Shown one piece after another: positions 30,390 through 39,026 of a stretch of 64,000 nucleotides of DNA. Within the stretch, counting starts at the first letter, position 1. Each line of letters opens with the position of its first letter. Made by a program: the position numbers and the translations under genes. The stretch is taken from contig CAWCKJ010000003.1 of NCBI GenBank assembly GCA_963796105.1, positions 160,001-224,000 of the forward strand, written 5' to 3'. The DNA comes from a candidate division FCPU426 bacterium. Its GTDB lineage: Bacteria; Oederibacteriota; Muellerivitia; Muellerivitales; Muellerivitaceae. The notes beneath the pieces were generated by a model. The model did no database searches. It saw nothing but the letters and a program-made list of their open reading frames with translations, and had not been told where the DNA came from.

Positions 30390-31700
30390 ATGGCGAATGT
30401 TTTTCCATTTCGGGGACAGCGTTACCAGTTAAATTCCTTTTCTAACTTGGGAAAGGTTCTAGCCCCGCCTTACGATGTGATCACACCTTCCCAGAAAAAA
30501 GAACTCCAGGCTTCCAGTCCCTATAACGTCATCCGGCTCATTCTTGGAAACCCCAGCCATGAAACCCATAAGAACGCTGATTATTCAGGCTCAGGAAAAA
30601 CTTATTCCGCCTGGAAAAAATCAGGCATCCTGAAAAGAGATGGGGAACCATCCATTTATATTTACCAACAGTCTTTTCTCATCAACAAGCGGTTGTTCAA
30701 AAGAACCGGATTTATCGGTTTGTCGAAGTTGACCCCCTTCGGGCAAAAAAAAGGCGGCATACTGGCTCATGAGCATACATTGAGCGGGCCCAAGGCAGAC
30801 CGCTTGCGCCTTATGAAAGCCGCCCACGCGAATTTCAGTTGTATCTTTTCACTCTATCCGGACAAAAACGGGGTTGGTAAACTTCTTGCGAATATGACAG
30901 CCCATAAACCTGATACCATCGTTGAATTTCCGAAGGGAGTGAATAACTGGGTCTGGAAAGTTTCAGATGCCAAGTGGATCAACGAATTGCGGAAAAAAAT
31001 TAAAAACCAGACTTTATTCATCGCCGATGGTCACCATCGCTATGAAACGGCGCTCAATTACCAAAGTTTCAGGTCCGTGGGCAGGAAGTATAAAATCGGA
31101 ACTGAACCCTTTGATTTCGTCATGATGATGTTCGTTGCGATGGAAGATCCTGGTTTGGTAATTCTGCCGACCCACCGGATGCTTCCGAAAGAACTGGTGA
31201 AATCCCCAGCTTCACTGCTGAGTTATATTTCCTCCATTGGGGAAGTGACCCAATACAAGGGTAACCTGACCGGATTGGGCCCTTGGAATTGGATGAAAAG
31301 CTTGGGGAAAAAGAAAATCACTTTGGGTCTTTCCTTTGACGGGAAAAAACTTTATGCCATCCAATTCAATGAAAGGATATTGCAATCACCCTTGTTGAAA
31401 GATGCTTCCGCCGCCCAAAAAAAATTGGATGTCACTTTTCTGCACAGCCTGATCCTCGAACCTTTTTATGGCATCACCCGGGAAAAGGTTGAAAAGGAAT
31501 TGTCTTTTACCAGTAAGGCTGAAGAGGCGGTGGAACAGCTGAGGAAAAAGAAATTCGGGTCGGTTTTTTTCTTGAATCCGACCCGGATCGAGCAACTGAG
31601 GGAAGTGGCAATGAATAGGGAGCGTATGCCCCAAAAATCCACGTACTTTTATCCCAAACTCGTCACAGGCCTGGTTTTTAATGATTTGGATTCGTTTTGA
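30390..31700 (+). CDS. DUF1015 family protein
   Basis: APPYDVI, HEHT, IADGHHRYETA, ILPTHR, MPQKSTYFYPKL. Confidence 0.92.
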   Translation: MANVFPFRGQRYQLNSFSNLGKVLAPPYDVITPSQKKELQASSPYNVIRLILGNPSHETHKNADYSGSGKTYSAWKKSGILKRDGEPSIYIYQQSFLINKRLFKRTGFIGLSKLTPFGQKKGGILAHEHTLSGPKADRLRLMKAAHANFSCIFSLYPDKNGVGKLLANMTAHKPDTIVEFPKGVNNWVWKVSDAKWINELRKKIKNQTLFIADGHHRYETALNYQSFRSVGRKYKIGTEPFDFVMMMFVAMEDPGLVILPTHRMLPKELVKSPASLLSYISSIGEVTQYKGNLTGLGPWNWMKSLGKKKITLGLSFDGKKLYAIQFNERILQSPLLKDASAAQKKLDVTFLHSLILEPFYGITREKVEKELSFTSKAEEAVEQLRKKKFGSVFFLNPTRIEQLREVAMNRERMPQKSTYFYPKLVTGLVFNDLDSF

Positions 31701-31721
31701 AAGGCTGTTGAAAAGGCACGG

Positions 31722-31781
31722 CCTGTCCCCTGAAGTTGCTTGTCTATCGAAGCTTTAGCGAAGGTAGATAACGGAAGGGGA
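31722..31781. repeat. Small nested REP-like palindrome
   Basis: TGTCTATC-GAAGCTTTAGCGAA-GGTAGATA inside TCCCC...GGGGA. Confidence 0.55.
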
Positions 31782-31834
31782 TCAACCCCTCCTATATCAA
31801 ATATAATCTTTTTAAAATTGTTGGAGCATAAGTC

Positions 31835-32374
31835 GTGAGGTTTAAGAATTTAAGCCGTAAAAATATTCCTAAAGAGCTTTGGTATTCATTGGCAGCCGGT
31901 ATGAATTTGAATTCTGTTCTTCCTGGATCTATAAACGATAGTTATATGTATGGGCCTTACAATAAGTTGAGTGTTCGAATAAATCCCGAGCGAAACAAAC
32001 CTCAAGGCGAGATAGTCGAATGTGGGGCTTACACTTATGGAAAAATATATTTATACCCGTGTTGTAATTGTACGATTAGATTTTTAACACAAGTTTTCTT
32101 GCACGAACTTCATCACGCTTGGGTTCATCAATATCATCCAGACATTCACTCCAAAGAAAAAGATAGTAAACAAGCTGAATTTTTTGCTGATGCTGGATTT
32201 AAAGTATTGGGTGGAAAAATTCGGCCAAAAAATGTTTGCGGAAGTTATGAATTAAACATCCAAGATGCATTAAAGCGTATCGACAAATTCTTGGAGTTTT
32301 CAAAATCTCTTACTAGGCGGAATAGTAAAGACGTTTTAAAATGGAGCCATAGGAATAAGTCGGCTTTTGCTTGA
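31835..32374 (+). CDS. Hypothetical HExxH metallopeptidase-like protein
   Basis: FLHELHHAW with a downstream acidic helix (EKDSKQAEFFA); visibly AT-rich; GGAG RBS. Confidence 0.6.
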   Translation: MRFKNLSRKNIPKELWYSLAAGMNLNSVLPGSINDSYMYGPYNKLSVRINPERNKPQGEIVECGAYTYGKIYLYPCCNCTIRFLTQVFLHELHHAWVHQYHPDIHSKEKDSKQAEFFADAGFKVLGGKIRPKNVCGSYELNIQDALKRIDKFLEFSKSLTRRNSKDVLKWSHRNKSAFA

Positions 32375-32734
32375 GAACTCTATTTATTGTTCAGTTTAGG
32401 CTATTGACGGGACTTAAAATAGAACCTTGAAAGTTCACCTTTTAATCAGTGTGGGCCGCCTTTCTTGTGTTTTTAACGATTAATTTTTCCTGCGAAGCAT
32501 CAACCTCTTACTGAAAATCCTGATTATTTTCGAAAATTTACAATTTAAAACTTAAAATTACATTGTTATCGGTCTCTCCTGCCCATATATCCAGGAACCT
32601 TAACCCAGGGGGTGCACACCAACCCAATATTGGGATCTCTCAACCCAGTTTCAGAGGGATAAACCGCCCACATTTTCGTCGTCCAGGGTAGGTTTCCGTC
32701 GTACGTTGAAGTGGTTTCTATTGGGCGTTAGGGA

Positions 32735-32820
32735 GTAAGTCGGGCAGTAAGCCAGTAAGTCGGGTGGTAAGCCGGTAAGTCGGGCGGTAAGCTGGTAAGT
32801 CGGCCGGTAAGCCGGTAAGT
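32735..32820 (+). repeat. Tandem array A: 20-bp unit, about 4.3 copies
   Basis: Consensus GTAAGTCGGGCGGTAAGCCG. Confidence 0.95.
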
Positions 32821-32846
32821 CTCAGGAACTCTGGAATCAGGGGCAT

Positions 32847-33130
32847 CAACCCAGTTCCAAAGCCGGGAACCAGTTCTGCAGAGGCCCACAACCCAGTTCC
32901 AAAGCCGGGAAACAGTTCTACGGAGGCCTGTAACCTAGTTCCAAAGCCGGGAAGCAGTTCTACGGAGGTCCGCAACCCAGTTCCAAAGCCGGGAACTAGT
33001 TCCACGGAGGCCCCCAACCCAGTTCCAGAGCCGGGAACCAGTTCCGCGGAGGTCCGCAACCCAGTTCCAAAGCAGGGTACCAGATCCCCGGAGACCCACA
33101 ACCCAGTTCCAAAGCCAGGAACCAGTTCCA
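32847..33130 (+). repeat. Tandem array B: 42-bp unit, about 6.7 copies
   Basis: Approximate consensus CAACCCAGTTCCAAAGCCGGGAACCAGTTCYRCGGAGGYCCR; units start at 32847, 32889, 32931, 32973, 33015, 33057, 33099. Confidence 0.95.
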
Positions 33131-33173
33131 GAGTTCCGGGGTTTTCGGATTCTCGAGTTCCCATGCTTCCGGG

Positions 33174-33293
33174 CTAGTTCTCGGGTTCTCGGATAGTTCT
33201 TGGGTTCCCGGTTAGTTCTCGGGTTCTCGGCTAGTTCTCGGGTTCTCGGCTAGTTCTCGGGTTCTCGGCTAGTTCTCGGGTTCTCGGCTAGTT
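33174..33293 (+). repeat. Tandem array C: 19-bp unit, about 6.3 copies
   Basis: CTAGTTCTCGGGTTCTCGG; the last three full copies are identical. Confidence 0.95.
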
Positions 33294-33543
33294 GGAGGCT
33301 CAACCCAGTACAACCCAGTATGGGTGGGCTCTACCCAGTATGGGAGGCGGCAACCCAGTACAACCTAGTATGGGGTGGTTCAACCCAGTATTGGAGGCTA
33401 GCAACCCAGTACAACCCAGTATGAGAGGGCTCAACCCAGTATTGGAGGCTGGCAACCCAGTACAACCCAGTATTTGGAAAACCCTCAACCCAGTATTGGA
33501 GGCCCCAACCCAGTACAACCCAGTATGAGAGGGCTCAAACCAG
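33292..33543 (+). repeat. Tandem array D: 50-53-bp unit, about 4.8 copies, built from 14 CAACCCAGTA-type cores
   Basis: Units start at 33301, 33351, 33402, 33453, 33506, each beginning with a doubled CAACCCAGTA. Confidence 0.95.
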
Positions 33544-33575
33544 AGAGAAACAGGGGTCAGGCCATCATTCATCAC

Positions 33576-33603
33576 TTTACAAATAGTGTGAGTTGTTTAC
33601 AAT
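33576..33603 (+). promoter_or_regulatory. Putative promoter overlapping the left TIR, probably leaderless transcript
   Basis: TTTACA-16 bp-TACAAT ending 6 nt before the ATG; no Shine-Dalgarno. Confidence 0.55.
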
Positions 33604-33609
33604 GCCCTA

Positions 33610-34548
33610 ATGCCAAGGCCTAAACGGATCCATTATGAAGGGGCGGTTTACCATGTAACCTCGCGCGGTAATGAACGGCGAAAGATTGTTATGAATGACG
33701 CCGACCGCTGGATGTTTATTCGGTTATTGGGGGAAATGGTTGAAGAGAATGGTGTGTTATGTCACGCTTGGGTATTGATGGATAATCATTACCATTTGAT
33801 GCTGGAAACCCCAAGCGCGAATTTATCAACAGCCATGAAACATTTAAACGCCCAATACACACAAAAATTCAATAAAAAGCATTATCGGAATGGGCATTTG
33901 TTCCAGGGGCGGTATAAGGCCATTATTGTGGAGAAGGACAGTTATTTAAAGGAATTAAGCCGGTATGTGGTATTGAATCCGGTAAGGGCCCGGATGGTAA
34001 AACACCCCAAAGACTGGAAGTGGAGTAGTTACCGGGCGACAGCGGGATTTGATAGGGCGGAAAAATGGCTGGAAGTGGACTGGTTATTAGGGCAGTTTGG
34101 AAAGGAAAGAAAAAAGGCGCAAAAATCATACAGGACTTTTGTGGAAGAGGGGATGGGGAAGAAAGAAAAGCCTTGGGATGATTTGTATTCGCGTATATAC
34201 CTGGGTGGTAAGGAGTTTTTGGAAAAAGTCCACGAAGTAGGGCAACGTCACAAACATTTGGATGTACCGAAATATCAGAAACACGTGGTAAAGCAAGATC
34301 CGAAAGAAGTGCTGGAGAAAGTAGGAAGAATGTATGGTGAAAAAGCGGAGGAAATATTGAGGGCAGGCAAAAGGGAGTCGGAAGCCCGGGATATGGCGAT
34401 ATATTTATTAAAGAGAAAATCAGGAATGAGTTCCAAGGCGATAGGAATGAAGATGGGGGTGGGGGAAAGCGCGGTGGGAAACCGATTGATGAAGATCAAA
34501 AAAAAGTTGGCGGAAGACAAAAAGTTTGCGCAAAAGCTGATAAAGTGA
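33610..34548 (+). CDS. REP-associated tyrosine transposase-like protein (Y1_Tnp) with C-terminal DnaA_C-like HTH
   Basis: YHVTSRGN, HUH MDNHYHL, GHLFQGRY, RYVVLNPVRA, WKWSSY; C-terminal ARDMAIYLL..SGMSSKAIG..MG. Confidence 0.93.
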   Translation: MPRPKRIHYEGAVYHVTSRGNERRKIVMNDADRWMFIRLLGEMVEENGVLCHAWVLMDNHYHLMLETPSANLSTAMKHLNAQYTQKFNKKHYRNGHLFQGRYKAIIVEKDSYLKELSRYVVLNPVRARMVKHPKDWKWSSYRATAGFDRAEKWLEVDWLLGQFGKERKKAQKSYRTFVEEGMGKKEKPWDDLYSRIYLGGKEFLEKVHEVGQRHKHLDVPKYQKHVVKQDPKEVLEKVGRMYGEKAEEILRAGKRESEARDMAIYLLKRKSGMSSKAIGMKMGVGESAVGNRLMKIKKKLAEDKKFAQKLIK

Positions 34549-34691
34549 TGAATGATGGCCTGACCCCTATGTTTACTCATCGACCATTAAAGCTTTGCCC
34601 TTTCCCTTTACAAATCATAACTTACTTCCATTTTCTAATTTTAGAACTTCTCTAAAAACCGTGAACTGTCAAACATCTTTGGAGGATTTGA

Positions 34692-35747
34692 ATGAAAAAA
34701 GAAAAAAGTGTTCGTTTAATAATTAATTTTGCTTTGTCGGTTTTAGTTTTGATGTACTCATTTATTATTAGTCATGCCGCTTCCGACTCGATCAGCTTTA
34801 CCAAAAAAGAAATCGCGTTTTTCAAATGGGGAGATGGTGAAAAAGAAATTAAATTGAACAAAATTACACATAAAACGATCGATAGAAGCAAGGGTGTGAC
34901 CCAAACATCCGAAGATTTCTTATGGCCAAGTGCCATTGTAGTTGATGGCAACGACAGTATTTATTTAAATGGTGGTAATGGACAAATTTTTATTATTTCA
35001 TCGGATGGTAGTTCGATTAAGACGGTTAGCGCGAAAAAAACTGGCGGTTTAGTGGAAGTCGATGGAGATGGGAATATATATGGTACGTATAGCAAAAAAG
35101 GTGAACCCTTGGGATTTATCCGCACCAAGCCTGATGGGACACAAGAAGTTTATAAGAATTTTGATCTAGGATATGTGGAAAATGAGATCGCCTATCCTAT
35201 AAGCAATAAAGCGATGAGCGGAAATCAACCCATAACCTTTTCTAATATAGGCGACAAGGCGGAAAAACTTCCACCACATTTATTATCTCGCGATGGAGAA
35301 GTTGATTTAGGAAAATTAATGGACGGTAAATCTTTCGTAATTCACACAAGAAAAATTAATAAGCACTTAAAAAAAATAAATCGAAGGATCGATGCCGATA
35401 AAATCTTGATTGAAGTCGAAGAGAAAGACGGCATGCCACCCCGACCGCAATTTCTGGGGATCGACGACAATGGGAATTCTTATTTTCTTTGTGGTTATCA
35501 TGGAGGGTGGAATAGCTTAGTGCCTTGGAAAGAAACGTACATAATGGCTTATTCACAGACGGGTCAGAAACTCGCCGAAATTCCAATTGATCCCGATTAT
35601 TTTGACAAGCACGTGGGTTTGGCTGAATGCCGGATAGATATTCATGGGAATCTGTTTCAAAGTTGGGCGTCCAAGGATGGAGTACATATTTTTAAATGGA
35701 CAAAAATCAAAAATGAAGCAAATGCTTCGGAGGGATTAATCGCATGA
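34692..35747 (+). CDS. Secreted beta-propeller-like hypothetical protein, paralog 1
   Basis: Signal peptide; repeated xDxxGNxY blade-like motifs; similar to the next gene. Confidence 0.75.
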   Translation: MKKEKSVRLIINFALSVLVLMYSFIISHAASDSISFTKKEIAFFKWGDGEKEIKLNKITHKTIDRSKGVTQTSEDFLWPSAIVVDGNDSIYLNGGNGQIFIISSDGSSIKTVSAKKTGGLVEVDGDGNIYGTYSKKGEPLGFIRTKPDGTQEVYKNFDLGYVENEIAYPISNKAMSGNQPITFSNIGDKAEKLPPHLLSRDGEVDLGKLMDGKSFVIHTRKINKHLKKINRRIDADKILIEVEEKDGMPPRPQFLGIDDNGNSYFLCGYHGGWNSLVPWKETYIMAYSQTGQKLAEIPIDPDYFDKHVGLAECRIDIHGNLFQSWASKDGVHIFKWTKIKNEANASEGLIA

Positions 35748-36736
35748 GAATAAAATTTTTACAATTGAATTTGACCTTGCTGGTTGTGACTTTTGTTTTT
35801 CATTCCGTCCTCGCCCAATCGAATTCACCCATTAGTTTCACCAAAAAAGAAATTGCGTTTTTAAAATGGGGTGACGGTAGAAATGAAGTGAAGTTGAACA
35901 AAACTAAACATAAGTTGATCGATAGAAGTAAAGGCGTAACAGAAACAAAAGAATTTGTTTCTTGGACGCGGGATATAAAAATTGACGGTAATGACAACAT
36001 TTATTTCCGTGGCGGAAATGACAAGATTTTTATTGTTTCCTCAGATGGAAGTTCGATTAAAACGATCAGCGCGAAAAAGACGGGTGGATTAATGGATGTT
36101 GATGATGACGGTGATATTTTTGCCCCTTACCACAAAATAGGCGAACCAGAGGGTTTTATACGCACCAAGCCTGATGGAACGCAAGAAGATTTCAAACATT
36201 TCAGTGCAAACTATATGGAAAACGGTATTGCTTATGACATAAATAAAAATAAGGCGATAACCATAGCCGACAAAGGCGACCAGCCTGAGAAACTCCCACC
36301 GCGTTTGTTCTCTCGTGTGGGTGAAGTCGATTATGGAATAAATGCCGGGGGTGAATTGTGCACGATTTACACGAAAAAAATTAATAAACATTTGAAAAAA
36401 ATAAATCAAAAGATTGATGCGGATAAAATCCATATAAAGGTCGAAGAAAAAGACGGCATGCCACCTCGATCACAATTTCTTGGGATTGACGACAATGGCA
36501 ATTCTTATTTTTTGTGCGGTTATTATGGAGGACGGAATAGCTCAGTGCCTTGGAAAGAAACATATGTCATGGTTTATTCCCAGACTGGCCAAAAACTCAC
36601 CGAAATACCGGTTGATACCGATTATTTTGACAAACAATTGGTTTGGACTGAATTCAAGATAGATATTCACGGGATGCTGTTTCAAATGTGGACATCCGAG
36701 GATGGGATACATATTTTTAAATGGACAAAAAATTAG
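35744..36736 (+). CDS. Secreted beta-propeller-like hypothetical protein, paralog 2
   Basis: Shared identical blocks ISFTKKEIAF, GFIRTKPDGTQE, QFLGIDDNGNSYFLCGY; ATGA overlap with paralog 1. Confidence 0.75.
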   Translation: MRIKFLQLNLTLLVVTFVFHSVLAQSNSPISFTKKEIAFLKWGDGRNEVKLNKTKHKLIDRSKGVTETKEFVSWTRDIKIDGNDNIYFRGGNDKIFIVSSDGSSIKTISAKKTGGLMDVDDDGDIFAPYHKIGEPEGFIRTKPDGTQEDFKHFSANYMENGIAYDINKNKAITIADKGDQPEKLPPRLFSRVGEVDYGINAGGELCTIYTKKINKHLKKINQKIDADKIHIKVEEKDGMPPRSQFLGIDDNGNSYFLCGYYGGRNSSVPWKETYVMVYSQTGQKLTEIPVDTDYFDKQLVWTEFKIDIHGMLFQMWTSEDGIHIFKWTKN

Positions 36737-37089
36737 GTTTTTATTTAATCGCGATTTTCTTTTGGCTGAAGAGTTCGATTGCTTATCCACAATCGGGCCT
36801 GCCAACGCCTGTTGCCGCTGCTTCTGTTTACGTCACACTCAGCACCAATTTTAATGTGAGTGCTAAGACTGGTTCTGTTCCGATTATTGATTTATTAACC
36901 AATGCTTATAATGATAGCCCTAATGTAACTCTTTTGGACCCTCCCCCACCTTTTGATCTGAACGCTTATCTGAAAGCCAACCCTGGCGTCCCATCATTCC
37001 CGGTGATCGTCCAAATGCCTTTAGAAACTTATGTCAAGGGGGTAGTGTCACAGGAAATAGGAGTACCTCAAACGGGGATAATCCAGTAA
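36721..37089 (+). pseudogene. Truncated secreted SpoIID/LytB-like protein
   Basis: Signal peptide; MPLETYVKGVVSQEIG resembles the start of a SpoIID domain, then a stop 10 codons later. Confidence 0.55.
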
Positions 37090-37230
37090 CAGATGGGATA
37101 TTCCAATCACAAACTGAGATATTCCAGTCTCAAACGCCGATATGCCAGCCGGGTTACCTGCTGGCAGGCGCTGGCATCCTTGCTGGCAGAAGCTTGTACC
37201 CTTGCTGGCATAAGGCTGGGGCCCTGCCCG
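37067..37230 (+). repeat. Degenerate tandem repeats: ~21-bp unit x ~3.5, then ~22-bp unit x ~3
   Basis: GGGGATAATCCAGTAACAGA / TGGGATATTCCAATCACAAAC / TGAGATATTCCAGTCTCAAAC; then CYTGCTGGCA at 37157, 37179, 37201. Confidence 0.7.
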
Positions 37231-37364
37231 CAGGTGTTTGGGTCCTCGGTGTTTACTAAATTCCATGAATCCCCCATATTCTGCAGCCAAGTGCTATTTT
37301 AGCTAGGTGTGCTTCAAAATAAGTTTTCAGCGGTACCCTGAAGCAGGAAAAGGCAGGTGAAATC

Positions 37365-37778
37365 ATGAAATTTCTGACAGAACACCTATGGTTCAATACC
37401 AAGAAGCACCGGGAATACATCAACATCACCCCGGATGTGGAAAAGGCCGTAAGGAAAAGCGGCATAAAAGAGGGCATGGTGCTGGTATCCGCCATGCATA
37501 TTACCGCGGGGGTTTACGTGAATGACGCGGAGGACGGGCTGATCGAGGATATCGATGAGTGGCTTGAAAAGCTGGCCCCCTTCCGCCAGGATTACCGGCA
37601 CCACCGGACCGGTGAAACCAACGGGGATTCGCACTTGAAGAGCATGCTTGTCCACCACCAGGTGATCGTGCCGGTGACGGATGGAAAATTGGATTTTGGG
37701 CCCTGGCAGCAGGTTTATTACGCCGAGTTTGATGGGCAGAGGAAGAAGAGATTGATCATCAAAGTGATGGGGGAATAA
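37365..37778 (+). CDS. yjbQ: YjbQ/UPF0047 family protein
   Basis: [33 protein letters not shown]. Confidence 0.93.
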   Translation: MKFLTEHLWFNTKKHREYINITPDVEKAVRKSGIKEGMVLVSAMHITAGVYVNDAEDGLIEDIDEWLEKLAPFRQDYRHHRTGETNGDSHLKSMLVHHQVIVPVTDGKLDFGPWQQVYYAEFDGQRKKRLIIKVMGE

Positions 37779-37870
37779 ACGTTTAAAAAAGCTTTCACCA
37801 CAGGTCCCCTTGGGACCACAGGGGCACAAGAAGGAACAAACCAATAAAACGTCTCACGTTACAGTTTTTA

Positions 37871-38095
37871 GCCACAGATTCATGGGATTTAAAGAAATTT
37901 CAGATCGTGACAAAGGCTTTGCCTTTGCGCCCGTCGGGCGATATGGCCAAGTCCACGGGCCTCGGAAAAATAGATTTTCCCGGAGGCCGACGGCATTGGC
38001 CATCTAACGCGATCATTAGTTTTTTTTCAGTATTTATTATCCGTCTTTCATTCTGCTGATTTGTATTTATCCCCTGCATCTCCTGAATCTGTGGC
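37871..38095. repeat. Palindromic MITE/REP-like element
   Basis: GCCACAGATTCA / TGAATCTGTGGC ends; inner stems ATGGCCAA / TTGGCCAT and GGCCTC / GAGGCC. Confidence 0.6.
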
Positions 38096-38138
38096 AAAAG
38101 ATTTGGTCTTTATTGGTCAATTTTGAATGGAGGTTTAA

Positions 38139-38435
38139 TTGGAATCATCGAAGCCGGAATTTGAGAAATACATATTCGTCTGCGTCAATGAAAGGCCCTC
38201 GGGAGAGCGGGTTTCCTGTGGGGGCTCGGGTTGCGGCAAGGAATTGGCCGCCCGGCTCAAGGACGAAGTGAAAAAGGCCGGGTGTGCCGGCAAAATCCGG
38301 GTCTCGAAATCCCAATGCCTGGATGTCTGCGAGGAGGGGCCGAACGTCCTTCTGTATCCAGATAATACCTGGTTTAAAAATGTGGATCTGGACGATATCC
38401 CCGCCATCCTTGCAAAAGCGGGAATCCAGCCCTAA
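38139..38435 (+). CDS. Thioredoxin-like [2Fe-2S] ferredoxin
   Basis: FVCVNER..SC..SQCLDVCEEGP..YPDNTW; GGAGG RBS. Confidence 0.9.
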   Translation: MESSKPEFEKYIFVCVNERPSGERVSCGGSGCGKELAARLKDEVKKAGCAGKIRVSKSQCLDVCEEGPNVLLYPDNTWFKNVDLDDIPAILAKAGIQP

Positions 38436-38468
38436 AGTAGTCCTGTTGATTGGAATTTTATGGAAAGT

Positions 38469-38811
38469 GGGGGTGACCGGTTTCGACTGGGGAACTGAAC
38501 TTTTGGATGCGTGTCGAGGCGCCATCGCTCGTCAAACATGGCAACGGTTTAACTGCCGACAATCAGTTAGCTCTCGCCGCTTAAAGCGGCTAGCGTTTTA
38601 CCCTTGATGCCTATTAGGGGGATAGAACGTAAGCAGTAGGCTGGTCCGGATCAGGGTTGCTCCACCGATGGACGGACGAGAACCAATGGGGCTGGCTCTC
38701 CGCCGGCCGCTCGGGAGCGAGCGGGGGGCGAGACTCTTTCCTGAGCTACGCACGTAGTATCCATAACGGAGGTTTTTCAGGACGTGGGTTCGATTCCCAC
38801 CACCTCCACCA
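38469..38811 (+). ncRNA. ssrA: tmRNA; tag reading frame 38555-38584 encodes ADNQLALAA*
   Basis: 5' GGGGGTGACCGGTTTCGAC; 3' GTGGGTTCGATTCCCACCACCTCCACCA; acceptor stem pairs; tag ends LAA. Confidence 0.97.
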
Positions 38812-38944
38812 TTTTAAAAATAAAGATTTGAACCCTCGGAATGCACTGCCATTCGTTGCGGTGCGAATGGCTCGGGAAAACAGGCGTTTTCCCGGCTGTT
38901 CAGAGGGGTACACAGGGGGTTTTTCCCATGTGAGCGCGGAGCGC

Positions 38945-38974
38945 GGGTTCTATTCCCACCACCTCCACCATTTT
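38945..38974 (+). repeat. Direct repeat of the tmRNA 3' end (att-like)
   Basis: 29/30 match to 38786-38815. Confidence 0.9.
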
Positions 38975-39026
38975 TGCCCGCCATAATTATTATGACGCCG
39001 TTTCAAACCTTCCAGCAGGATTTTAA

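Larger units (their letters stand above)
33552..34568 (+). mobile_element. TIR-bounded Y1/HUH transposase element (TIRYT/RAYT-like), 1017 bp
   Basis: Perfect 28-bp inverted repeats AGGGGTCAGGCCATCATTCATCACTTTA (33552-33579) and reverse complement (34541-34568) enclose a single gene. Confidence 0.9.

Noticed and set aside
32718..33164. 148-aa minus-strand ORF with ELVPGFGTGL repeats
   Set aside because: Explained by the 42-bp period being a multiple of 3; the complementary frame is also open through the array and no family is recognisable
32735..33543. CRISPR array
   Set aside because: Units are contiguous degenerate tandem copies with no unique spacers, and no cas genes are present
33292..33575. 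Short ORFs on both strands over array D
   Set aside because: Translations of the repeat; unit lengths of 50-53 bp shift the frame
37048..37302. Short ORFs upstream of yjbQ
   Set aside because: They run through degenerate tandem repeats and show no protein motifs
38930..38970. Second tRNA or tmRNA gene
   Set aside because: Only the 3' T-arm/acceptor half is present, with no matching 5' strand
38657..38986. 109-aa ORF with two SHHLHHF motifs
   Set aside because: Overlaps tmRNA; the motif is the duplicated tmRNA 3' end read as codons
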